This document shows, in pieces, positions 1 to 9,243 of a stretch of DNA of 64,000 nt. Position 1 is the stretch's first letter, and every line of letters begins with the position of its first letter. The translations under genes and the position numbers were made by a program. The notes beneath the pieces were generated by a model. That model saw only the letters and a program-made list of their open reading frames with translations, was not told where the DNA came from and did no database searches. This stretch comes from Candidatus Aminicenantes bacterium (GTDB lineage Bacteria > Acidobacteriota > Aminicenantia > Aminicenantales > Aminicenantaceae), in NCBI GenBank assembly GCA_016927475.1, contig JAFGMO010000012.1:21287-85286 (forward strand), read 5' to 3'.

Positions 1-135
1 ATTCTTCCTGACAGCCACCACGGTTATAGGGGTGTTGCCGGTGATTATTTCACCCGTAAACGTTGGGATTATTTCGTCGAGCACCTGCACGGACAAAACC
101 CGCCGGCCTTCAGAATCACACCGGAGAAAAAATAG
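1..135 (+). CDS. 3' end of an unidentified ORF (partial, about 44 aa in window, stop TAG 133-135)
   Basis: Open frame from the window edge to TAG at 133-135; no recognisable motifs. Confidence 0.2.
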   Translation: MLPDSHHGYRGVAGDYFTRKRWDYFVEHLHGQNPPAFRITPEKK

Positions 136-169
136 GTTGAGTAAAGAGAAGTGAGAATGGCTTCTTTTC

Positions 170-2530
170 TTATTCCAGCATGGTTTTGCGGCTGCCGAAA
201 AACTTCTGGAACCAGGACTTTATGTGGCCCGTATACTTCTTGGTCAGGATAATGGGAACAGAGGTTTCTTTGGTGATTTTTTCGGGCATGTCACCGAACA
301 CAGCCCGCCTGACCAGACCTTCTTCAGGAGCCCCCATGATGATCAGGTCATGATGTTGTGTCTCCGATAGTATGGCTTTAAGGATATCATTTGTTTTTTT
401 AATCACAATCTGATAACGGGACGGATCGATGTCTTCCTTCCATTTTCTAAGCTCTTCCTTGTAATGACGGCTGATGTTTTCAATGTCGTCCCTTGTTGTG
501 GCGTGAAAAAGAACGATCGGAGTTTTATTTTCAGGAAGCAGGGCCTCAGCCATTCTAAGAGACAGGATGGCGTATTTTATGGTGCTGACCGGAATCAGGA
601 TGCGTGATATATCCTGGTCCTGGTCAGGGGCACGGCAGACCAGGGCGATGTCGCAGACAGTGTTGAGGATGATTTCATCAGTAATGGTGCCGAAAACCCT
701 GTTGTGGGCTGGCCGTTCTCCCTCCCAGCCGAGGATCATCAGATCTATTTTCCGTTCTTCACAGGTTTCGATGATGGCTTTGGGAATGTTGTGGGTCAGC
801 TTGACCAAAGAAAAAACGGGAACCGATTCTTTTTCAGCGACAGCTATCGCCTTTGTCAGCAGGTTCCGGGAACTGTCAAGATATTTACGTCCTTCGCTTG
901 GAGGAAGTTGGGGGGGGACCTTGATGACATTAAGAGCCGTGATGTCGGCGTTATATACCTTGGCCATTCGCAAGGCAAAAAGCTGAAGCTGTTCGACGGT
1001 TTTTTCATTGGCGACGGGTACAAGGATGTGAAAATCGCAAGGCCGGGTTTCGAAGACGGGCCGCTCATCATGTACGATGGGTTCGGCCTTGGCTGTAAAT
1101 TCCTTTCGTCTGGAGTAGATATAATAAATAAAGACTCCCAGTCCAAGATATCCGATGCAAACCCAAACGCCGAGCGGCCTGTAGAAAAAGAGAAAGATGG
1201 CCAGGAAAAGGTTCAACACGGTGGCGATGATAGGGACAAAGGGGAAAAGGGGGACCTTAAATCCACGGTCGAGGTCAGGCCTGTTTTTCCGGAGATTGAC
1301 GACGGCCAGGTTAACGAAAATGAATAAAAGCAGGAACATGGCATCCGTTGCGCTGGCGATATCTTCGATGGGAAGGACAACAGCCATAAAAATGATCAAC
1401 CCTCCGGAAATGAAAACCGCCATATGGGGAGTTCTTTTTTTTGAGTGGATCCGGGCAAAAAGACCGGGCAGGTTGTGGTCCCGGCCCATGGCGAAGCTCA
1501 CGCGGGAGGAGGAATAAACTGTGGCGTTGAGGGCTGACATGGTGGAAAAAAGACCGCCGATAAGAAAGATAACCCGCCCGAGTTTCCCTAACATGAAATG
1601 TTCGGCGGCTTCGATCATGGCCAGTTCGCCCTTCTCACCCAGGTACTGCCAGGTTTGCTGGTCTCCTTCGGGGGCAACCGCTCCCAAGGCTACAAAGGCG
1701 ACCAGGATATAGATGGGAACGACGATAATGAGCGAAAGAAAGATGGATCGTGGTATGTTTTTTTTGGGATTTTTCACCTCTTCCCCGCATTGGGCGATGA
1801 TCTCGTATCCTTCGAAGGCGATAAAGGTTAATCCCATGGCCATGATAATCCCAAAGGGGCCTTTCTGGAAAAATCCCTTAAAATGCTGGGGCCAGGGTTC
1901 CGGTGTTTTTCCGGAAAAGATAGCAAAACACCCGAATCCGATAAAAAGGGCGATGACAATGATCTTGAGGATGGTAATCAGGCTTTCGGCCTGTCCGGTT
2001 TCCTTGGCGCCCCGGTAATTGATAAAGACAAAAAGGATCGTGATAACTACGGCGATGATTTTTGCGGCCAGATTGTAAGGTTCTGAGGTGGAGAAGCTCG
2101 ACAGAAGTCGCTTGATGTCAACACCTGCCAAATGCAGAAGATCGACGGCGAAAGTTCCGAAGGCGACGGCGTAAAGACTACAGGCCACGGCATGGGCGAA
2201 CCAGCTGATCCAGCCGGAGAGGAATCCGTTGGGCTGGGGAAGGGCCTGCTTAACCCAAAGGTATCCTCCTCCTGCCTCCGGAAAACAGGAGCCCAACTCG
2301 GCATAAGACATGGCCGTCAAAGAGGTGACCAATCCGTTAAGGGCGAAAACCAAAATGAGCGCCGGCCCGGCTACTCCGGCGGCCAAACCTGTTAAGACGA
2401 ATATGCCGGCACCGATCATGGCTCCGACACCGATCATGGTGATATGCATCAGTCCCATGTCGCGTGCCAGTTCCGTGGCTGGTTTTTTCGAGTTGACGTC
2501 AGCTTTTTTTTCGAATGTATCTGCCGGCAA
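170..2530 (-). CDS. APC-superfamily amino-acid permease fused to two C-terminal universal stress protein (UspA) domains
   Basis: N-terminal ~12 TM segments with APC signature (ITMIGVGAMIGAGIFVLTG). The C-terminal ~300 aa carry two Usp-like alpha/beta repeats (HILVPV..., ILIPVST...). TTG start at 2530 is preceded by AAGGAG. Confidence 0.8.
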   Translation of the reverse strand: MPADTFEKKADVNSKKPATELARDMGLMHITMIGVGAMIGAGIFVLTGLAAGVAGPALILVFALNGLVTSLTAMSYAELGSCFPEAGGGYLWVKQALPQPNGFLSGWISWFAHAVACSLYAVAFGTFAVDLLHLAGVDIKRLLSSFSTSEPYNLAAKIIAVVITILFVFINYRGAKETGQAESLITILKIIVIALFIGFGCFAIFSGKTPEPWPQHFKGFFQKGPFGIIMAMGLTFIAFEGYEIIAQCGEEVKNPKKNIPRSIFLSLIIVVPIYILVAFVALGAVAPEGDQQTWQYLGEKGELAMIEAAEHFMLGKLGRVIFLIGGLFSTMSALNATVYSSSRVSFAMGRDHNLPGLFARIHSKKRTPHMAVFISGGLIIFMAVVLPIEDIASATDAMFLLLFIFVNLAVVNLRKNRPDLDRGFKVPLFPFVPIIATVLNLFLAIFLFFYRPLGVWVCIGYLGLGVFIYYIYSRRKEFTAKAEPIVHDERPVFETRPCDFHILVPVANEKTVEQLQLFALRMAKVYNADITALNVIKVPPQLPPSEGRKYLDSSRNLLTKAIAVAEKESVPVFSLVKLTHNIPKAIIETCEERKIDLMILGWEGERPAHNRVFGTITDEIILNTVCDIALVCRAPDQDQDISRILIPVSTIKYAILSLRMAEALLPENKTPIVLFHATTRDDIENISRHYKEELRKWKEDIDPSRYQIVIKKTNDILKAILSETQHHDLIIMGAPEEGLVRRAVFGDMPEKITKETSVPIILTKKYTGHIKSWFQKFFGSRKTMLE

Positions 2531-2692
2531 ATTTGCTCCTTATTTTCAGTTTAACCTGCATTCTTTATCGATTCATGAATCGTATGGATTAAACACATTA
2601 ACCCGGTTGTTCGATAAAAGTCAAGGTAAAGGCGAGCGGGAAAACTTACCCAATATGATCATCTCAAAATTGTATTTTATGCTTCTTGTTTA

Positions 2693-5600
2693 TCATTTGA
2701 TGTTCGGGTCGATCAGGCCGGCAATGTTGTTGTCGGCAAGAAACTTGTTGAATTCCGGAAGGTCGGTCTGTAGAAGTTTTTCAAAACGGGCCATCTGATG
2801 AGCCAGTCGTTCTTTGAGAACAGCATGGACCTCTTGCTGCTGCTTATTGGGAGCAAAATCAACGCTGGTATTGAGATCTCCGGCTAAAACACTGAGCTTG
2901 CCGTAAAGTTTGTTGGGGCGGCGGAAGGATTTGGAATCTCCCTCAGCCAGAATGGGCTGGAAAAGCTCATCTTCAACACTGCAAAGTTTTTCTTCCATCT
3001 TGTCGATGGCCGAAAGGGCTTCCGCAAGGTCCGTTTCCGACGGTAACAGACTTTTGAGTTCGTGAAGCTGTCTGCGCATCCACTCGATGCGGTTGATCAT
3101 ACGTGTTACCGACGTCAGGTCTTCCCGTACTTCCAGCTGCATGGCCACCAGCTTTTGGATGTCGGAGAGAGTGCCTGCCGAGTGCGGGTCTTTTTTGATT
3201 TCCAGATTCTGGGTAAAGGTACGCCCGCCCACGGTCAATCTAACAGTGTAAGTTCCGGGCGCGGCGAGAAAACCCCGGAATCCGCCGTAAGTTCCCCAGC
3301 TGAGAATGGGATACCAACCCTGATTTTCCCAGAGATGGTGAAAGCGTTTTTCTTCGACAACATGGGGATTACCGGGTGGTTTTGTCCGTAACCTTGCCTG
3401 TTCGGCTCCGTCGTATCTGAGATTCCAGGTTATACGGTTGATTCCTTTGTTCCTTGTAACGCGGAGAGTGGTTGCCAGCCGGCCTTCGGGATCATATATT
3501 TCCGCCTGAATCAATCCGCCGGGGATATGTTTGAGATAGTAGTTGATAGTGGCTTCGGGATAGATGCTGGGACCTCCGGCGATGCTGTGCAGCCGGAAAA
3601 CAGGCCGCGGTTTGAAGAAGTGGATATCGGACTGCAGGACCTTTTCGGTCAGCTGCTGAAGCGGTGTGATATCGTCCATAATCCAGAATCCTCGTCCGTA
3701 GGTGCCGACCACCAGGTCGTTAAAATGTTCCTGAACGACCATATGATGGACCGGAGCGTGGGGAAGGTTATTTTGCAGCGAAAGCCATGTTTTTCCGTCA
3801 TTGAAGGAAATCAATAGTGCGTTTTCCGTGCCCAGATAAAGAAGCCCTTTTCGAACAGGATCTTCGTGGATCCAGTGGCAGTAGCTGAAAACGCTTTTGG
3901 GAATGCCCGTGCTCAGAGATTTCCATGTTTGACCGTAGTCCGGAGTTTTGTAGACATAAGGGTTACGGTCGTTCATCTGGTGGAAGTCGACGGTGATGTA
4001 GGCCGTTCCGGCATCGTGACGTGAGGGTTCGATATTGCTCACGGTTCCCCATTCAGGGAGGTTCGGAATATTTTTAGTAACGTTGTTCCATGTTTTGCCC
4101 CCATCCCGTGTGAGGTGAACCAGGCCGTCGTTGCTTCCCGCCCAAATGGTTCCTTCTTCCAATGGGGATTCGGCGATGGCGAAAACCACGCATCCGAATT
4201 CGACGGCCAGGTTGTCGAGAGTCATTCCCCCAGAGGGTCCCAATTTCTCCGGGTCGTTAGTGGTCAAGTCGGGGCTTATAACCTGCCAGCTGCGGCCCCC
4301 GTCGGTGGTCATGTGGACGTGCTGGCTTCCGGCGTAAACCCGGTTGTGGTCATGGGGAGAGATAGTGATGGGGAACGTCCAGTTGAACCGGTATTTGGCG
4401 GCGGCTCCGTGGGAGCCATAGATGGATTCCGGCCAAATATGGACGGTATTGATATGGCCGGTCCGGTAGTCGGCCCGCTCCAGTTGGGCGTTATAACTTC
4501 CTCCCCAGACGATATGATGATCAACAGGGTCGGGGATGATATATCCGCATTCTCCGCCTGCTGTAGCTTCCCAAAGGGTTCGAACGGGAGACCAGCCGCC
4601 TCGTCCGTGACCGACACTCGGGCCCTTGTAAGCCGAACCATCCTGCCGTCCGCCGTATACGTAATAGGGAATCTGGTTGTCTACAGCGACGTGGTACATC
4701 TGAGCGATGGGCAAATTGATACGCTGCCAGGTTTTTCCCCGGTTGAGGGTGATGATGACTCCTCCGTCATCGGAGATCATCATCCGGTCCGGAATTTTGG
4801 GGTCGGCCCACATGTCATGGCAGTCCCCGCTCCAGGGAACGGTTTCCGTGGTATAGCCTCTGTCAAAAGTCCGGCTTTGGCTGTTGGCCGCGAAGTAGAC
4901 CTCGTTTTCATCGGCCGGATTGACCATAATCCGGGAAGCGTAGTGAGGCCTTTCGTTGAGCAAACGGTTGTAGCTCATGAGCTTCCAGGTGGTCCCTCCG
5001 TCGTTCGACCGCCAGAGAACACCCCGGTTGGGATGACCTGTTTCAATCAAAGCGTAAACGACATCGGAATTGCTGGGCGCTACGGCCAGGCCGATCTTTC
5101 CCAGAGGAGGCGAAGGAAGTCCGTCACCCGTGAGTCGCTTCCATGTTTCGCCCCCGTCCGCTGATCGCCATATGCCTCCGTTGGGTCCGCCGCTTTCCCG
5201 GCCCCAGGTGCGGATGATGAGGGGCCACATTCCGGCAAAAAGAATCCGGGGATTGTTGGGATCCATGGCGATCTCGAAGCAGCCGGTGTTCTCATCGACG
5301 AATAGGACCTGTTCCCAAGTCTTTCCACCGTCTTTGGTTCGGAAAATACCGCGTTCCTTTTGGGGGCCGTAGCAGTGTCCCATGGCAGCGACATAGACGA
5401 TGTCGGGATTGCGGGAGTCGATGGCGACGCGTCCGATGCGTCCGGTTTTTTCCAGTCCCATGTGCGTCCAAGTCCGCCCGGCATCTGTCGATTTGTATAC
5501 GCCGTTGCCGATGGAGATATTGCTGCGGACAAAAGCTTCTCCCGTTCCCGCCCAGACGATATTCGGGTCGGACGAAGCGATAGCCAGGGCTCCTATGGAC

Positions 5601-5893
5601 TGGGCCGGCTGGTCGTCGAAAATGGGCTCCCAATGAGTGCCTCCGTCGGAGGACTTCCAAATACCGCCGGATGATGCGCCGATGTAATAGGTGAGCGGGT
5701 CACCGGGGACGCCGCAGACGGCGGCTGTCCGGTTTCCCGGAGGCCCGATATGACGGTAGGTTAGAGCCTTGTATATTTCCGGAGTGATGTCCTGGGCCTC
5801 AACAACGGCACTTGTTGAAATAAGAAAAAAGAAAAGAACGGTCGTGACCAGGAATCCCGGCAGTAAAGAGTTTTTTCTCATAAATAGGGACAT
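2693..5893 (-). CDS. secreted BNR/Asp-box repeat beta-propeller protein (sortilin/VPS10-like) with C-terminal helical/coiled-coil region
   Basis: More than 9 Asp-box motifs (SxDGGxTW: SSDGGTHW, STDAGRTW, TKDGGKTW, SADGGETW, SNDGGTTW, TTDGGRSW, TRDGGKTW...). ATG at 5893 has GGAGGA 7 nt upstream and is followed by a signal peptide (MSLFMRKNSLLPGFLVTTVLFFFLISTSAVVEAQD). The track ORF runs to 6100, but that upstream part lacks RBS support. Confidence 0.8.
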   Translation of the reverse strand: MSLFMRKNSLLPGFLVTTVLFFFLISTSAVVEAQDITPEIYKALTYRHIGPPGNRTAAVCGVPGDPLTYYIGASSGGIWKSSDGGTHWEPIFDDQPAQSIGALAIASSDPNIVWAGTGEAFVRSNISIGNGVYKSTDAGRTWTHMGLEKTGRIGRVAIDSRNPDIVYVAAMGHCYGPQKERGIFRTKDGGKTWEQVLFVDENTGCFEIAMDPNNPRILFAGMWPLIIRTWGRESGGPNGGIWRSADGGETWKRLTGDGLPSPPLGKIGLAVAPSNSDVVYALIETGHPNRGVLWRSNDGGTTWKLMSYNRLLNERPHYASRIMVNPADENEVYFAANSQSRTFDRGYTTETVPWSGDCHDMWADPKIPDRMMISDDGGVIITLNRGKTWQRINLPIAQMYHVAVDNQIPYYVYGGRQDGSAYKGPSVGHGRGGWSPVRTLWEATAGGECGYIIPDPVDHHIVWGGSYNAQLERADYRTGHINTVHIWPESIYGSHGAAAKYRFNWTFPITISPHDHNRVYAGSQHVHMTTDGGRSWQVISPDLTTNDPEKLGPSGGMTLDNLAVEFGCVVFAIAESPLEEGTIWAGSNDGLVHLTRDGGKTWNNVTKNIPNLPEWGTVSNIEPSRHDAGTAYITVDFHQMNDRNPYVYKTPDYGQTWKSLSTGIPKSVFSYCHWIHEDPVRKGLLYLGTENALLISFNDGKTWLSLQNNLPHAPVHHMVVQEHFNDLVVGTYGRGFWIMDDITPLQQLTEKVLQSDIHFFKPRPVFRLHSIAGGPSIYPEATINYYLKHIPGGLIQAEIYDPEGRLATTLRVTRNKGINRITWNLRYDGAEQARLRTKPPGNPHVVEEKRFHHLWENQGWYPILSWGTYGGFRGFLAAPGTYTVRLTVGGRTFTQNLEIKKDPHSAGTLSDIQKLVAMQLEVREDLTSVTRMINRIEWMRRQLHELKSLLPSETDLAEALSAIDKMEEKLCSVEDELFQPILAEGDSKSFRRPNKLYGKLSVLAGDLNTSVDFAPNKQQQEVHAVLKERLAHQMARFEKLLQTDLPEFNKFLADNNIAGLIDPNIK

Positions 5894-6059
5894 GATTTCC
5901 TCCTTTGGCCTGATACAGGCCGGCCTCGATGGTAAAAATAGTAACAGAAAAAAGGTGTTCTTGTTGCCGATAAGAAAGAGTGAAAAACAATCGGCATGAA
6001 ACCATTTTATCCTTTTGCCTTGACTTGTCAAAGTTTTATTCCATGAGTTGACAATATCG

Positions 6060-7478
6060 ATGGGATTCTTGTACTCTAACCGGTTCATGAAAACATACAA
6101 TCAGACCTCCGACAGTCCCGATCTCCCCGCGACAAAGGGAGTGGAGACTCTTCTCGGAAACCCCAAAAAGGCCATCATCAAGCTTTCCCTTCCGATGATC
6201 GTAGCCATGTCCGCCCAGACCCTCTATAATTTTGTTGATGCCCTTTGGGTTTCGGGTCTGGGACCGGATGCCCTTTCCGCCGTCGGCTTCTTTTTTCCAT
6301 TTATGTTCATGATCATGGCCCTGTCGGTCGGCCTCGGGGTTGGCGGAAGTTCAGCCGTTTCCCGGCGAATAGGAGCCGGAGATAAACCCGGAGTTGACAG
6401 TGTCGCTTCACATACCATCGTTTTGATGTTTGTATTAGCGGTGTTGGTTGGGATTCCCTTTTTTCTGGCAGCCCCCCGGATATTCGTTTCCATGGGTGCG
6501 GGGCCGATCGCTCCGGCGGCTACGGCCTACGGCCGGATTCTTTTTGCCGGGACTTTGGTTATATTTTTTGGGAATATAGGAAGCGCTCTTCTTCGGGGGG
6601 AAGGGGATGTCAAGAGAGCGATGTTGGCTATGATGCTTGGGGCGGGTTTGAATATCGGCCTCGATCCCGTTTTTATTTTTGTCTTGGATTTGGGTGTTGC
6701 GGGAGCTGCCTGGGCGACACTTATATCACTTTTTATATCTTCCGGGATTCTTTTTTTCTGGATCTGTGTCCGGCATGATACATACCTGTCTATCAATCTG
6801 CGCGGATTTCGCTTTCGAAAAGAGATTGTCAAAGATATTTTCAGGGTAGGTATTCCGTCATCCGTCCAGCAATTATCCATGGCTTTTTCTGTCTTCCTTA
6901 TCAACATTATTGCGGTTAAGGTTGCCGGTACGGACGGGGTTGCCGTTTTTACCACCGGATGGCGGATGGTCACTTTTGCCACTCTGCCCCTTATTGGGAT
7001 GGCCACAGCCGTGACATCAACCACAGGTGCCGCTTACGGAAGCCGGGACATTCATAAGCTAAATACGGCTTACATGTATGCCATCAGAATCGGGCTTTTT
7101 ATCGAGCTGGGTGTCGCCGCCCTGACATATTTTTTGGCGCCCTATATCGCGGCCCTTTTTACCATGGTCGAAGAAGGGCTCCGCATCAGGGCCGACATCA
7201 CCGTGTTTTTGCGGACGATGTGCTTTTTTTATCCGTTTACAGCTTTTGGCATGCTTACTTCGTCCATGTTCCAGGGAACGGGGAAAGGTCTGTATTCATT
7301 AACGGTAACCTTAATCAGGACGATTTTCCTGACCGTTCCCATCGCCTATCTAATGGCTGTTGTTTTTAAATATGACCTTTCCGGATTGTGGTGGGGAATT
7401 GTTTCCGGAAACATATTGGGGTCGGCGGTGGCCTTTGCCTGGGGCCGCCGTCTCATTTTTGACCTAAAGCGTAAATAG
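6060..7478 (+). CDS. MATE family multidrug/oligosaccharidyl-lipid efflux transporter
   Basis: 12-TM protein with MATE N-terminal motif (LSLPMIVAMSAQTLYNFVDALWVSGLGPDALSAVG) and an internal repeat. The start is ambiguous: TTG 6048, ATG 6060 or ATG 6087. Confidence 0.8.
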   Translation: MGFLYSNRFMKTYNQTSDSPDLPATKGVETLLGNPKKAIIKLSLPMIVAMSAQTLYNFVDALWVSGLGPDALSAVGFFFPFMFMIMALSVGLGVGGSSAVSRRIGAGDKPGVDSVASHTIVLMFVLAVLVGIPFFLAAPRIFVSMGAGPIAPAATAYGRILFAGTLVIFFGNIGSALLRGEGDVKRAMLAMMLGAGLNIGLDPVFIFVLDLGVAGAAWATLISLFISSGILFFWICVRHDTYLSINLRGFRFRKEIVKDIFRVGIPSSVQQLSMAFSVFLINIIAVKVAGTDGVAVFTTGWRMVTFATLPLIGMATAVTSTTGAAYGSRDIHKLNTAYMYAIRIGLFIELGVAALTYFLAPYIAALFTMVEEGLRIRADITVFLRTMCFFYPFTAFGMLTSSMFQGTGKGLYSLTVTLIRTIFLTVPIAYLMAVVFKYDLSGLWWGIVSGNILGSAVAFAWGRRLIFDLKRK

Positions 7479-7500
7479 TTCAGCCAAGCCTGAACTATTT
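7477..7500 (+). terminator. possible intrinsic terminator hairpin after the MATE gene
   Basis: AGTTCAG-ccaagc-CTGAACT perfect 7-bp stem directly after the stop, followed by ATTT. The U-tract is weak. Confidence 0.3.
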
Positions 7501-7537
7501 ACACAATCGGCATTTTTTATGAATAGTGAAGTTGTAT

Positions 7538-7782
7538 TTTTGCTGTTCACGAGCCAAGCTTGCTGTTGGTCAAATTTTTAAATAACACAGTTGAACCTGT
7601 GTTATTCACGAGTCGAGGTTGCCGAAGATGGGAGGCGTCGATGGACGAAGCTGTGCTTGTTCACCGCGAGTCCATCGCAACGAAGCAGATGCGAAAAGAT
7701 CGGCTCGCCTGGAAGGTAAATTTGGTCGGTTTTAAAATAAAAAAAATAATAAGTTCCCGGCCAAATTTATGAATAACACGGG
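7538..7782 (-). mobile_element. MITE-like repeat, copy B (minus orientation) plus an adjacent TIR fragment and TIR-TIR junction hairpin
   Basis: 7596-7782 aligns almost base-for-base in reverse complement with the 3' half of copy A (40400-40527), including terminal CCTGTGTTATTCACGAG. 7538-7562 is a second TIR fragment. 7581-7606 is AAATAACACAG-ttgaa-CCTGTGTTATT. The element abuts the stop of the 7783 gene. Confidence 0.7.
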
Positions 7783-8928
7783 TCAGATGATCTCAAGCAT
7801 ATCCCTCCCCGGCAGTTTCGGAAAAGGGGCGTGGGGTTCCTGCTGGTACCAGATAGCTACGGAAGACAGATCGTCTTGAAGAGGTAAATATCTTCCGCCC
7901 GACCTCCAGCCCAAAGCCTGAATTGTTACTTTTAGTTCTTTTTCGAAACGGACCGGGTCCATAATATGCCACCGGTAAAGCCCGAAGCGTTGTTGGGACT
8001 GCCACATTCCGTCAGGTTTGATAACCTGTGGCATGCCGGCATAGGGAGTGGTAAATTCACTATATTCCCCGCCCGAGGTAAAACAGTATGAGCCGCAGAA
8101 ATAGTCTTCTGTTCCGGTTCCGCAGATGGTCGGAAAATCTGTATCACCGTCGATGAAAAATTTGATCTCACCTTCTCCCCACCAGCCGGTATTATTTGAG
8201 CCCCAGCACATATAGGTGCCGACGTAATGGCCCCAACCTCGAATGCCGTCGACGATTGTATACACCGACTTATAGGGAAGCGGATTTGCCCGGCGGAATT
8301 GGGCATGGAAATATGCGGCATCCTTTGGAATTTCGGTCAGGGTGTAATTGATTTGGTAATAGAGGGTCAAATTTTTGTCATTCAGGTTTTCCATGGTGAT
8401 CCGGCAGGATTTGCGAAAGGGCATGACCCAGTAGCAGTTGAGGCCGCTTCCGGGATTAACGCAGACAGCCAGGGATGAGACCTGAGCGTATTTGCCCCAG
8501 CCGCAGGCGAAAAAGTCTCCGACGGGAACTTCGACCGAAGGCTCCTCTTCACCGTCCCAGTAGAAGCGGAGGATGGAAAAACGCCAGTTTCCGGAGGGAG
8601 TCATCCAGATCTGTTGGATAGCTCCCGGTCCTTCAATCTCGGCCAGAGTGGTCGTCTTTCCGGATTCGATGTGGATATAAGGGGATACCTTCCAGCCTTG
8701 GCCCAAGTCACGGGCGGCTTCTTGGGCGAGTCCGTCGACGGACTTACCGCCTTTTCCTTTTTTACCTGAAAAGTTTTCCGGGCTGATCGAGCGGGATTTG
8801 GCGTGTGAGAGCTTGTAAAGATTTCCCAGGTTGAGATACAAACCGTTGAATGGTTCTTCCTCTTCCGCGAAAATAAAAAGAGACACTAAACATAAAGAAA
8901 GAAAAATCGCCGTTCGCTTTTTTTTCAT
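7783..8928 (-). CDS. secreted DUF2961 / GH172-like protein
   Basis: Signal peptide MKKKRTAIFLSLCLVSLFIFA and the DUF2961 hallmark TGTEDYFCGS with surrounding conserved Trp/Gly blocks. RBS AAGGAG. Confidence 0.75.
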   Translation of the reverse strand: MKKKRTAIFLSLCLVSLFIFAEEEEPFNGLYLNLGNLYKLSHAKSRSISPENFSGKKGKGGKSVDGLAQEAARDLGQGWKVSPYIHIESGKTTTLAEIEGPGAIQQIWMTPSGNWRFSILRFYWDGEEEPSVEVPVGDFFACGWGKYAQVSSLAVCVNPGSGLNCYWVMPFRKSCRITMENLNDKNLTLYYQINYTLTEIPKDAAYFHAQFRRANPLPYKSVYTIVDGIRGWGHYVGTYMCWGSNNTGWWGEGEIKFFIDGDTDFPTICGTGTEDYFCGSYCFTSGGEYSEFTTPYAGMPQVIKPDGMWQSQQRFGLYRWHIMDPVRFEKELKVTIQALGWRSGGRYLPLQDDLSSVAIWYQQEPHAPFPKLPGRDMLEII

Positions 8929-9243
8929 GTTTTTCTCCTTAGAGGGAATACATGCGGGCTTCCCTATATTATGTTGAATTATAGTCCCCCAAAGGGGGTT
9001 GTCAATGTTTAATGTTTCTAAGAAATCTTTAAAAATTTGGGGAATTTCAATGGCATTTTTGTTTTACGATTATTCAATGAATATGCTATGATATTTAAGC
9101 TAGCTGCGTTAGTGTTCTTTTACGGCGAATAAATGCCATAAGAAAAAACCACCTGCCAAAAAGGATTTTTATCCGTTAGGGAGTTTTTTTAGTCTTGAAT
9201 TGTTTCGTTTTTTTGGAATGAATAATAGAATGTCGCTGGTCGA

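Noticed and set aside
4115-5164. 349-aa plus-strand ORF
   Set aside because: Antisense to the Asp-box repeat protein. It is Gly/Val/Pro-rich low-complexity translation typical of the reverse frame of a GC-richer gene.
5894-6100. Longer N-terminal extension of the BNR protein
   Set aside because: The ATG at 5893 has a GGAGGA RBS and is followed directly by a signal peptide. The upstream extension has neither.
8984-8998. CCCCCAAAGGGGG hairpin as a terminator
   Set aside because: It sits in a divergent promoter region upstream of both flanking genes and is not followed by a T-run.
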